From: Lacibacter sp.
GTDB taxonomy: Bacteria > Bacteroidota > Bacteroidia > Chitinophagales > Chitinophagaceae
Direction: 5' to 3'
Assembly (NCBI GenBank): GCA_036675885.1
Contig: JAKFDY010000539.1
Location: forward strand, 1-40,467
Length of the DNA: 40,467 bases
The notes beneath the pieces were generated by a model. It was not told the DNA's origin, did no database searches, and worked only from the letters and a program-made list of their open reading frames with translations. A program made the translations under genes and the position numbers. Shown piece after piece: positions 1-8,497 of this stretch (the first letter of the stretch is position 1; each line of letters starts with the position of its first letter).

Positions 1-2533
1 CAGGTGCAAGACTGATCCGTTGAAAACCTTTTAATTCTTTAACAGGTCTTGCAACAGACGATAATTCATCACGGATATACAATTGCACTACTTCATCGCC
101 TTTTACTTTTCCCGTATTTTTTAATTTGAATGATACACGCATGCTTTCGTCTGCACGAATCACCTGCTTATCCATTTGCAGAGAAGTATAATCAAAGCTG
201 GTGTAACTCAATCCAAAACCAAACGGAAATAATGGTTGACCTGTAAGATTGGTATAATCATCACCACGCCCTGTTGGTTTATGATTATACACAAGCGGCA
301 ACTGTGCTTCTGCTACAGGAAAGGTTACAGGCAATCTTCCTGCAGGGCTATAATCGCCAAACAACGCATCTGCAACAGCACTTCCACCTGCATCACCGGG
401 ATACCAGATATCCATCACACTGTTTACTTTATCTAACCAATTTGCCATGGTAATGGCGCTGCCACCCACCAACAATACAACAACAGGTTTGCCTGTTGCA
501 GCAACACGTTTAATGAGTTCTTCCTGCTTGCCGGGTAATGATAATAAAGCCCGATCGTTAAACTCTCCTTCTTCAATACCAACAACTACAACCGCCACAT
601 CACTGTTCTTTGCAAGTTGAACTGCTTCCTGTATTTTTTGTTCACTGTTATCCTGCACACCCACATTCCAGATCAACCGCATCCATGCATTACCTGCAGG
701 TTCATAATATTCAATGCGGATATCATACTCCTTCCCTTTTTCAAAAAAATGATCAACAAGCGTTGTTGAGTAGGATTGTTTTTTCCAGTTATCGATGATC
801 ATCTTATTGTTAATGTATAAACGATACCCATCGTTACCATCAATACCAATTTTATATTTACCGGTTACAGGTGATTGTAATTTACCAGTCCATCGTCCGG
901 AGAAAAAATCGTAGTTGATCTTTGCAGGATCAGGAGAAAACAAGGTCCATTGAAATTTTATGTCTTCATCAATGCGTTCAACCACAGGTTGTCCCTGCAT
1001 GGTTACATTATTGAAATATTCTCCTTTTAACCCTTTTACTTTCTTTCCATCTTTTATGGTTGACAAACTACTGCCGGGCACAAAGGTCCATGTCTTATGT
1101 TCTCTCCCGGGTCCGGGGGCATACTTCACATTGGTGGTAACTCCTGTTTTTGTTTTGATACCATCGAGTATTGATACTTTTATATTGCCGGGCCCGCTGT
1201 AACCGCCCAATCTTTTTTCAACAGCATCAACACCAATGACTGCAATTTTTTGAGTTAATTTATTAAGCGGTAACAGTTTTGTTTGTTTACCGGGTGCGTT
1301 TGTGTTTTTCAATAATACAAAAGAGTTGCGTGCAGCTTCTCTTGCAAGATTGTGATGCAATTTAGCAGTCCATTGGCCTGCATCTTCTTCCTTTGCATAC
1401 GGATGTTCAAATAAGCCTAATTCAAACTTGATGCGCAACACTCTTGCCACAGCACTGTCAATCGCAGCCTGGTTCATTGTTTTATCAAGGAAATGCGGAT
1501 CAAACAATGTGTGATGTTCAAATGCTGTTTGAAAAATAACATCCAATCCATTCTCAACAGATGTTTTTCCTGCTTCAGCATAATCCTTAGCGGTAAAGTG
1601 TAACACATTGGCACCACCTGTTGCTCCTGCATCAGAAATAACAAAACCATTGAAGCCCCATTCCTTTTTTAATTTTTCATTCAGTAACCAGTTGTTTGCT
1701 GTGCAGGGAGTGCCATCCAATGAGTTATATGCCGTCATCATACTTCTTGCGCCACCCTTTTGCACCACTTCTTTAAATGGAACGAGATAAGTTTCTTCAA
1801 GCAACCGATTGTTGTAGTGAATAGGATAACTGTCTCTTCCACCTTCACCATGATTAACTGCAAAATGTTTGGGTGTGGTTACAACGCCACGTTGTTCAAA
1901 TGCTTTTACAAAAGCAATACCCATGGCTGAAGTAAGAAAAGGATCTTCACCATAAGTTTCTTCCACTCTTCCCCAACGCACATCTGTTGCAATGTTTACA
2001 ACAGGCGAAAGTATCTGGCGAACACCTCTTGCTTTTGTTTCCATTGCAATAGCAGTTGCCACTTTGTTCATCAGCGATGTATCCCAGGTAGCAGCTAGTG
2101 CAATGGCCTGTGGGAAAGCCGTTGCTTCGTAACGCACAAGACCATGTAATGCTTCATCAAATGCAATGATGGGAATGCCAAGCCTTGTTTGCTCAACAAA
2201 ATATTTTTGTATCTCGTTGATCTTGGTGAGTGTTTGCTTTCCCGTTTGTCCCGGTTTATAGTTGAGCAGTTGTGCCGCTGCACCCTGTTGTTGCTGAACA
2301 GTATTCACCTGGAAACCGAAGATGCCGTTTTTGTACTGCGATGGATTATCGCCAAGATCGCCGGGGATCATAAACAGCTGCCAGAATTTTTCTTCCGGTG
2401 TCATACGTTGCAGCAGATCTTTTACTCTTGTTTCTATTGGCAGTTCAGGACGTTTATAATCGGGTATTGTTTGAGCATGTAACTGAAATGTTACAAAAAG
2501 AGTGGCTAAAAGAAAGAGATTAATTTTTCGCAT
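1..2533 (-). CDS. Glycoside hydrolase family 3 beta-glucosidase (BglX-like) with PA14 insertion and C-terminal Fn3-like domain; 3' end lies outside the window
   Basis: Manual minus-strand translation from ATG 2533 is open to base 1. It has a signal peptide MRKINLFLLATLFVTFQLHAQ, then RLGIPIIAFDEALHG, FPQAIALAATWD, RWGRVEETYGEDP, TTPKHF, WGFNGFVISD (nucleophile Asp), a PA14-like segment GLKGEYFNN...FSGRWTG, and PAGRLPVTFP, PLFPFGFGLSYT, GDEVVQLY, KELKGF. Confidence 0.95.
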   Translation of the reverse strand, partial: MRKINLFLLATLFVTFQLHAQTIPDYKRPELPIETRVKDLLQRMTPEEKFWQLFMIPGDLGDNPSQYKNGIFGFQVNTVQQQQGAAAQLLNYKPGQTGKQTLTKINEIQKYFVEQTRLGIPIIAFDEALHGLVRYEATAFPQAIALAATWDTSLMNKVATAIAMETKARGVRQILSPVVNIATDVRWGRVEETYGEDPFLTSAMGIAFVKAFEQRGVVTTPKHFAVNHGEGGRDSYPIHYNNRLLEETYLVPFKEVVQKGGARSMMTAYNSLDGTPCTANNWLLNEKLKKEWGFNGFVISDAGATGGANVLHFTAKDYAEAGKTSVENGLDVIFQTAFEHHTLFDPHFLDKTMNQAAIDSAVARVLRIKFELGLFEHPYAKEEDAGQWTAKLHHNLAREAARNSFVLLKNTNAPGKQTKLLPLNKLTQKIAVIGVDAVEKRLGGYSGPGNIKVSILDGIKTKTGVTTNVKYAPGPGREHKTWTFVPGSSLSTIKDGKKVKGLKGEYFNNVTMQGQPVVERIDEDIKFQWTLFSPDPAKINYDFFSGRWTGKLQSPVTGKYKIGIDGNDGYRLYINNKMIIDNWKKQSYSTTLVDHFFEKGKEYDIRIEYYEPAGNAWMRLIWNVGVQDNSEQKIQEAVQLAKNSDVAVVVVGIEEGEFNDRALLSLPGKQEELIKRVAATGKPVVVLLVGGSAITMANWLDKVNSVMDIWYPGDAGGSAVADALFGDYSPAGRLPVTFPVAEAQLPLVYNHKPTGRGDDYTNLTGQPLFPFGFGLSYTSFDYTSLQMDKQVIRADESMRVSFKLKNTGKVKGDEVVQLYIRDELSSVARPVKELKGFQRISLAP

Positions 2534-2691
2534 AAACAATTGTATTCAACTTTACATACTGCTAAGAAGAAGTCGGGCAAATCTGAGCAAACTCCGTTCA
2601 TTCTATGCTTAGACAAACGCTTAATTTGGCAAATAATGTTACTGATAATTCAGGTCGATTAACCCTTGCTACGGAAGCCTAGACTGCAATT

Positions 2692-2979
2692 TTATAAATC
2701 TCCGTGGATATAAGCTTTTAGCCCCATGCTACTTAGTTCTAGCATAACTTTTTCAAGAATTTCCTTTTTAAGTTTATCATCAAGTATAATATTTTGCCTA
2801 TCTAGCTGAAGACAAACGGAGTCTTTGTAAACCACAATATGATATTCAGACCCAACAAGCATTTCAGAATCTATTAAGTATTTCGATTCTCCATCTTTGA
2901 ATATGAATCCGGTTCTACCTAAGAAAACGATCTTTTTCTTACGAAAAATACTAAGAATTGCCTTCATAAAATTTTTCAT
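2692..2979 (-). CDS. Small AT-rich hypothetical protein resembling immunity protein Imm74
   Basis: 95-aa ORF with the pattern GRTGFIFKDGE-KYLIDSEML-YHIVVYKDSV-LDDKLKKEILEKVMLELSSMGLKA, similar from memory to the Imm74 layout. About 33% GC by hand count over 2701-2940. Confidence 0.55.
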   Translation of the reverse strand: MKNFMKAILSIFRKKKIVFLGRTGFIFKDGESKYLIDSEMLVGSEYHIVVYKDSVCLQLDRQNIILDDKLKKEILEKVMLELSSMGLKAYIHGDL

Positions 2980-3021
2980 TCGAATAGGATTTAAATCTTG
3001 ACTTAATTTTTCTTTTGAAAA

Positions 3022-5385
3022 TCAGAGTTTAAAATTCAACGTTACACTTGGAATGATGGGGAACAACGACACCTGTCTTGCTTCCACTTCCAATGTTCCC
3101 TGCAATGGATTTCCTTTTTGATCGTAATAAATGAAGTATGGATTTTGGCGACTATAAGCATTATACACACTAAACACCCATTCAGTTTTCAACTTCTTTA
3201 CTTTCTTAGGCTGCGGTGTGAAGGTTGCCGACATATCTAACCGATGATAAGAAGGTAAACGGTATTGATTAATGCGGCTGTACTGCTGCGTTAGTACGCC
3301 ATCCACCAAAAAGAAACGTTCAGGCAAAGTAAATGCATTACCCGTACCAAATACAAACACCGCCGAGTATTTCCATTTTTTGTTTTGCTGATAATTGGTA
3401 ACAACACTCAGATCATGACGACGATCGTAACGGCCTGGATATTTATCGCCATCATTCAAATCAGGAAACCTTCGCCATGTCCATGAAAGTGTATAACCGA
3501 TCCAACCAGTAAATTTTCCTCTTGCTTTGTTTACATAAAACTCAGCACCATAACTCCATCCTTTTCCAAATACAAAACTTTCTTCAGGATCACCAATTCC
3601 CGGTGTGTAACCTTCTTTGTATTCGATCTGGTTCTGCATGGTTTTATAATATACTTCAACTGAAGTCTCCCACATGTTGTCTTTAAAGTTTTTAAAGAAG
3701 CCAGCCGCATACTGCCAACCGATCTGTGGTTTTACTCTATATGTACTCGGCACCCAAATATCTGTTGGTAATGTTGTACCGGAGTTACTTACTAAGTGAA
3801 TGAACTGCAGGTTACGTGTTACAGCAGCTTTTAAAGAAGTTTCATCATTTAACGCATAGCGAAAAGTTACACGTGGTTCAAAACCACCGTAGGTTTTTAT
3901 TTTATCGTTACGGCCATACACCGTGCTGTCGAGTTTATTACCATCTGCATCTTTTACAAACAGCTTGTATGGACCTACCTGCTGAAAACTGGTGTAACGT
4001 ATGCCATAATTTATTTTTAAGGCATCATTTACTTCCCAATCATCCATGATGTAAGCCGCCATTTCATGTGCAAACTTATTGTTCACCGTTTGTGGCTCAA
4101 ACGTAATGTCGCCACTTTTACCACTTGCTGTTTGCGGATTGAATTTGTGGTAGGTATAGTTGATGCCATACTTTAACTGATGACCACTTACCGGATAGTA
4201 ATCAAAATCAATCTTGGCACTTACATCACGTATAGCTGAATTCAGATTGATCTCGAAATCACTTTGTGTGCCACCGAATGCAAAGCGGTAATCATTCCAA
4301 ACCAACGAAGTGTTTGCAAAAAGTTTACTGTTGAACACATGATTCCAGCGAACAGTTCCTGTTGAATTACCCCAGGGAATGCGTGCACCAAAGCTGCGTT
4401 CTTTATTGTTGAACGTAAACACATCTCTTCCGAAATAACCGCTAGCATACAAACGGTCTTTCTCCGAAAATTTATAATTGAACTTTGTATTGAGATCGTA
4501 GAAGTAATAACCGCTGCCGTAGAATGCACTTTCTTTTTTAATGAAAGGCTTTGCAAGAATATCTACATAAGTACGTCGTGCTGATACAATGAAGGATGCT
4601 TTCTCTTTTACAACAGGCCCCTGTATTGATACACGTGAAGAGATGGTTCCGATACCACCTTCTACCTGGAACTTTTTGTTGTTGCCTTCTTTCATGGCAA
4701 TATCAACTACACTGCTGATGCGGCCGCCATAGTTGGCAGGCATACCACCTTTGATCAGACTCACATTCTTCAACGCATCACTGTTAAACACCGAAAAGAA
4801 ACCAAACAGGTGACCTGGATTGTATACCACTGCATCATCCAGCAAAATTAAATTCTGATCTGGACCTCCACCACGCACATACAAACCGCTGTTCCCTTCA
4901 CCTGCATTACGTACACCGGGTAACAACTGCAATACTTTAATGGGATCAACCTCTCCTGCCAATGCAGGCACCGAACGGATCTGGTTCATGCTCAGTTCAA
5001 ACTTACCCATCTGGGCAGATTTTACATTGAGATCACGTTTTTTTGAATAGATGATTACTTCCTGTGCAATGGCAATACGTGGAGCAAGATCGAAATTGAG
5101 TTGCTTATTGTTGTTGAGTTCCAGTTCAATTTCCTTCGCTACAAAACCAACATGTGATACCGTTAGTGTGTGTACACCTTTCTCAAGTGTAATAGAATAA
5201 AAACCGTATTGATTAGAACTGATGCCTTTGGTTCGGCCTTTTACGCCGATGGTTGCACCAATGATGGTCTCATTACTGGTGCTGTCTTTTACATATCCGC
5301 TGATGGTGAATTTCTCCTGTGCCGTAGCAACTGAGAATGTTAATCCACAAATCAGGAAAGCGATGATAGGTTTTAAATAGTGCAT
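3022..5385 (-). CDS. TonB-dependent receptor (carboxypeptidase-regulatory-like N-domain, plug, beta-barrel)
   Basis: Signal peptide; ISGYVKD..NETIIGAT..SNQYGFYSI; plug LQLLPGV..YVRGGGPDQNLILLD; KGGMPANYGGRISSV; C-terminal VTLNFKL. Confidence 0.93.
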   Translation of the reverse strand: MHYLKPIIAFLICGLTFSVATAQEKFTISGYVKDSTSNETIIGATIGVKGRTKGISSNQYGFYSITLEKGVHTLTVSHVGFVAKEIELELNNNKQLNFDLAPRIAIAQEVIIYSKKRDLNVKSAQMGKFELSMNQIRSVPALAGEVDPIKVLQLLPGVRNAGEGNSGLYVRGGGPDQNLILLDDAVVYNPGHLFGFFSVFNSDALKNVSLIKGGMPANYGGRISSVVDIAMKEGNNKKFQVEGGIGTISSRVSIQGPVVKEKASFIVSARRTYVDILAKPFIKKESAFYGSGYYFYDLNTKFNYKFSEKDRLYASGYFGRDVFTFNNKERSFGARIPWGNSTGTVRWNHVFNSKLFANTSLVWNDYRFAFGGTQSDFEINLNSAIRDVSAKIDFDYYPVSGHQLKYGINYTYHKFNPQTASGKSGDITFEPQTVNNKFAHEMAAYIMDDWEVNDALKINYGIRYTSFQQVGPYKLFVKDADGNKLDSTVYGRNDKIKTYGGFEPRVTFRYALNDETSLKAAVTRNLQFIHLVSNSGTTLPTDIWVPSTYRVKPQIGWQYAAGFFKNFKDNMWETSVEVYYKTMQNQIEYKEGYTPGIGDPEESFVFGKGWSYGAEFYVNKARGKFTGWIGYTLSWTWRRFPDLNDGDKYPGRYDRRHDLSVVTNYQQNKKWKYSAVFVFGTGNAFTLPERFFLVDGVLTQQYSRINQYRLPSYHRLDMSATFTPQPKKVKKLKTEWVFSVYNAYSRQNPYFIYYDQKGNPLQGTLEVEARQVSLFPIIPSVTLNFKL

Positions 5386-5474
5386 TCGGAAATATCCTGT
5401 TTTTTAGAAGTTCCCTCTATTACAAGCAAGCGGCGTTTTTGTTTGAATTGTGGATACTGACATTCAACTACTAC

Positions 5475-5502
5475 TAACCATTCACTATTGACTATTCACT
5501 TT
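5475..5502. repeat. Degenerate heptamer tandem repeat
   Basis: TAACCAT TCACTAT TGACTAT TCACTTT. Confidence 0.7.
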
Positions 5503-5547
5503 CATCACCCACCCCATTCAATCATTACTCTGTGTAACAACCTGCCG

Positions 5548-5563
5548 CCCCTCCTTGGAGGGG
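5548..5563. repeat. REP-like GC-rich palindrome
   Basis: CCCCTCC-TT-GGAGGGG, perfect 7-bp arms, no U tract. Confidence 0.55.
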
Positions 5564-5593
5564 ATAGACAGTCTGATAGCTTAAAAGTGAATG

Positions 5594-5670
5594 AGCTAAA
5601 GACTATCAACTACAAACTACCGGCTAATGGCTTTCAGCTCCCCACTCATCATTCATCACTCATTACTCAT
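5594..5670. repeat. Array of 11 degenerate heptamers
   Basis: AGCTAAA GACTATC AACTACA AACTACC GGCTAAT GGCTTTC AGCTCCC CACTCAT CATTCAT CACTCAT TACTCAT. Confidence 0.8.
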
Positions 5671-5671
5671 C

Positions 5672-6256
5672 TTAGTATTTCAACGTCTCTTTCACCTCAC
5701 CGCAAGTGAGCATTTTCTTGCCGAAGTAAGGATTCATGATGCTGTCGGCATTGCTGAGCCAATAAGCACCTTTATCGTTAAACGCCATCGGGCAGTATTG
5801 ATAATAGATCGTTGCACCTGTAGGTTTAATTACACGTACCAAATCATAAAATGCATTCGATACCATTTCAAATGATTCACGTTTTTTCTCCAGTTCCTTT
5901 TCGCCTAACATACCACTTAGTTCTGCTGCAACATCACCCGCACGACCGTTAATGCTTGAAAAACCAAGTGTATCAAATTTCTGTACTTCATCCAGCTTTA
6001 AACTGTCGAGCAAAGTTTTTAATGCAGTAGCTGCTGCATTCACTTTCACGGTGTCGCTCGCAACAAACGCATCTTTCAGGCTGTAGTAAGCATTCAATAC
6101 ATTGTTCATCGATTGGTTGAAAGTTTCGCTGTATGCATAACCGGCCGTTGTTTTCGGTTCAGGAGTCGTTGTGATTGTTTCTTCTGTTTTGTCTTCTTTG
6201 TTTTTACAGGCTACCGCCGATAGAATGACCGAGAGGATAAGCAAAGTCTTTTTCAT
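5672..6256 (-). CDS. DUF3347-domain lipoprotein (putative metal-binding)
   Basis: Start reassigned to MKKTLLILSVILSAVAC (lipobox) at 6256. Motifs YYSLKDAFVASD, YQYCPMAFNDKGAYWLS, IMNPYFGKKMLTCG. Confidence 0.85.
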   Translation of the reverse strand: MKKTLLILSVILSAVACKNKEDKTEETITTTPEPKTTAGYAYSETFNQSMNNVLNAYYSLKDAFVASDTVKVNAAATALKTLLDSLKLDEVQKFDTLGFSSINGRAGDVAAELSGMLGEKELEKKRESFEMVSNAFYDLVRVIKPTGATIYYQYCPMAFNDKGAYWLSNADSIMNPYFGKKMLTCGEVKETLKY

Positions 6257-6269
6257 AAAAAAATTTTGG

Positions 6270-6277
6270 CAAAGATA
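6270..6277 (-). promoter_or_regulatory. Bacteroidota -7 promoter element for the DUF3347 gene
   Basis: TATCTTTG on the minus strand matches TAnnTTTG, just upstream of ATG 6256. Confidence 0.6.
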
Positions 6278-6328
6278 AGACCTAAGCTTAAGACATGTGA
6301 GGTTTGCAGCACTGTAAAATCGCTGCTT

Positions 6329-6392
6329 AGGTATGCCATACCTGGTTAACATCTCCCTCAATTTGTGTATTGTAGATAGGTATGGCATACCT
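6329..6392. promoter_or_regulatory. Twin 15-bp palindromic operator candidates
   Basis: AGGTATG-C-CATACCT (6329-6343) and AGGTATG-G-CATACCT (6378-6392) lie in the divergent intergenic region. Confidence 0.6.
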
Positions 6393-6396
6393 TACT

Positions 6397-6404
6397 TACC
6401 TTTG
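6397..6404 (+). promoter_or_regulatory. Bacteroidota -7 promoter element for the ABC-F gene
   Basis: TACCTTTG, 23 nt before ATG 6428. Confidence 0.65.
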
Positions 6405-6427
6405 CCGCTCATTTTTAAGCAAGAATT

Positions 6428-8407
6428 ATGTTAGCTGGTTTTCAGAATGTAACGTTTGAGTTTGGTGCAAGAGCTATTGTGGAAGATTCTACCTGGCATA
6501 TTCATCCCAATGAGCGCATTGGTTTGATCGGGTATAATGGTACGGGCAAGTCTACCCTGTTGAAACTGTTAGTGGGCGAATATGTGCCTTCAAAAGGCGA
6601 AGTGATCCGCAGCCGTAATACCAGTATTGGCTACCTGCACCAGGATCTGTTGAGCTTTGATACCAGTGAATCGATCTTACAGGTGGCGTTGGGTGCGTTT
6701 GAAAAGATATTGTTACTCGAAAAAGAAATTGAAGAACTGGGTATTCAGCTGGAAAAGAATCATGAAGATGAAGCACTCCTTCATCTTTATTCTGATAAGC
6801 TCCACGAAATGGATACGCTGGATGGTTACAACATCCATCACAAAACAGAAGAAATTCTGCAGGGCCTTGGTTTTGCAAACAGCGATCTGCAACGTCCGTA
6901 TAAAGAATTCAGTGGTGGCTGGCGCATGCGTGTGTTGCTGGCAAAAATGATTCTGCAGCAACCTGATCTCTTGTTGTTGGATGAACCGACGAACCACCTT
7001 GATCTCCCCAGTATTGAATGGTTGGAAAAATACCTGCTGCATTATCAAGGGTCAGTAGTGATTGTATCGCATGACCGTTGGTTCCTTGATCGTATGGTCA
7101 CCAAGATTGTTGAAGTGTTTCAGCAGGGTTTACATATTTACGGTGGCAACTATTCTTTCTATCAACAAGAGAAAGAAATAAGGATGGAATTGCAGATGAA
7201 GGCGTTTGAAAATCAGCAGGACTTTATCCGGCAGCAGGAACGTTTTATTGAACGTTTCCGTGCAAAAGCAAGTAAAGCTGCTGCTGCACAAACTGCCATC
7301 AAGAAATTAGAAAAGCTGGATGTAATTGAAGCGCCAACAAATGATCGTCCGAATATCCGCATCAACTTTTCAGTAGATAAAATGCCGGGCAAAGTGTTGT
7401 GTGAACTGAAGCATGTAAGTAAACATTACGGTGCCAACAAGATTGTAACGAATGCCAATGCAGAAATTGAACGTGGTGATAAAATTGCATTGATCGGTGC
7501 GAATGGTAAAGGTAAAAGTACCCTGCTCCGCATTATTGCCGGTGTTGAACAATATGAAGGTGAACGTAAATGGGGGCACAATGTGGATGAAAGTTTTTAT
7601 GCACAGCATCAGTTGGAATCGTTAGACCTCAATCATACATTGATCGATGAATTGAAGAGTTGCGGCAGCCAGAAAACCGACCAGGAATTACGCACATTGC
7701 TTGGTTGCTTTTTATTTAGTGGTGATGATGCCGATAAAAAGATTAAAGTATTGAGTGGTGGTGAAAAAGCAAGAATTGCATTGGCAAAAACAATCATCAG
7801 CAAGGCCAACTTCCTGATGCTTGATGAACCGACGAACCACCTTGATATGCATTCGGTTGAACTGTTGATCGAAGCATTGAATAAATACCAGGGCAGTATT
7901 ATACTGGTGAGTCACGATCGTTTCTTTGTATCGCAAACAGCCAATAAGATCTGGGAAATTGTGGATGAAGAGATCAAAGAATTTAAAGGAACGTACAACG
8001 AATACTTAGAGTGGAAAGAACGGATGGCGAAGAAGGTAGCCGATAGTAAAGAGTCGGTAGCCGGTAGTGAAAAAAAAACGGAAGTAAAAAAAGTAGTTGA
8101 GGTGAAACCATTGGTACAACAATCAGTTGTTGCAGAACAGAAGCAGGTGATCAATAAAGAAGCGAAGAAAGAATTGCAAAAGCAACAACGAATTTTACAA
8201 CAGCTCGAAGAAAAGATCAACGCTACCACTATTGAAAAAAATAAAATGGAAGCGCAACTCTCCGACCCTTCTACCTATTCTGATAAAGACAAGTTCAAAC
8301 AAACTGAAACTTCTTATCAAAAGCTGAGTAAAGAATTAGCACAGTTCAATGCAGAATATGAAGCAGCGTTTGAGAAGGTGATGGAGCTGGAGAGTAAGGC
8401 GGGGTGA
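6428..8407 (+). CDS. ABC-F family ribosome-associated ATPase (YheS/Uup-like)
   Basis: Two ABC domains (GYNGTGKST, FSGGW, LLLDEPTNHLD; GANGKGKST, LSGGE, LMLDEPTNHLD), no TM segments, C-terminal coiled coil. Confidence 0.95.
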   Translation: MLAGFQNVTFEFGARAIVEDSTWHIHPNERIGLIGYNGTGKSTLLKLLVGEYVPSKGEVIRSRNTSIGYLHQDLLSFDTSESILQVALGAFEKILLLEKEIEELGIQLEKNHEDEALLHLYSDKLHEMDTLDGYNIHHKTEEILQGLGFANSDLQRPYKEFSGGWRMRVLLAKMILQQPDLLLLDEPTNHLDLPSIEWLEKYLLHYQGSVVIVSHDRWFLDRMVTKIVEVFQQGLHIYGGNYSFYQQEKEIRMELQMKAFENQQDFIRQQERFIERFRAKASKAAAAQTAIKKLEKLDVIEAPTNDRPNIRINFSVDKMPGKVLCELKHVSKHYGANKIVTNANAEIERGDKIALIGANGKGKSTLLRIIAGVEQYEGERKWGHNVDESFYAQHQLESLDLNHTLIDELKSCGSQKTDQELRTLLGCFLFSGDDADKKIKVLSGGEKARIALAKTIISKANFLMLDEPTNHLDMHSVELLIEALNKYQGSIILVSHDRFFVSQTANKIWEIVDEEIKEFKGTYNEYLEWKERMAKKVADSKESVAGSEKKTEVKKVVEVKPLVQQSVVAEQKQVINKEAKKELQKQQRILQQLEEKINATTIEKNKMEAQLSDPSTYSDKDKFKQTETSYQKLSKELAQFNAEYEAAFEKVMELESKAG

Positions 8408-8497
8408 CGGTGAATGGGCCTATTGTCAATAGGCAATAAACAAACGTGTTGTTTGTGCACCAACGCCTTGGTTCGTTCCTACAAACCACTCTTTGAT

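Noticed and set aside
236-2482. Small ORFs overlapping the GH3 region
   Set aside because: Antisense or off-frame shadows of the long minus-strand GH3 gene.
5488-5875. 73-aa and 82-aa plus-strand ORFs
   Set aside because: Translations of heptamer repeats and antisense to the DUF3347 gene.
6257-6388. N-terminal extension of the 238-aa ORF
   Set aside because: It covers promoter and palindrome sequence; the lipoprotein signal starts at 6256.
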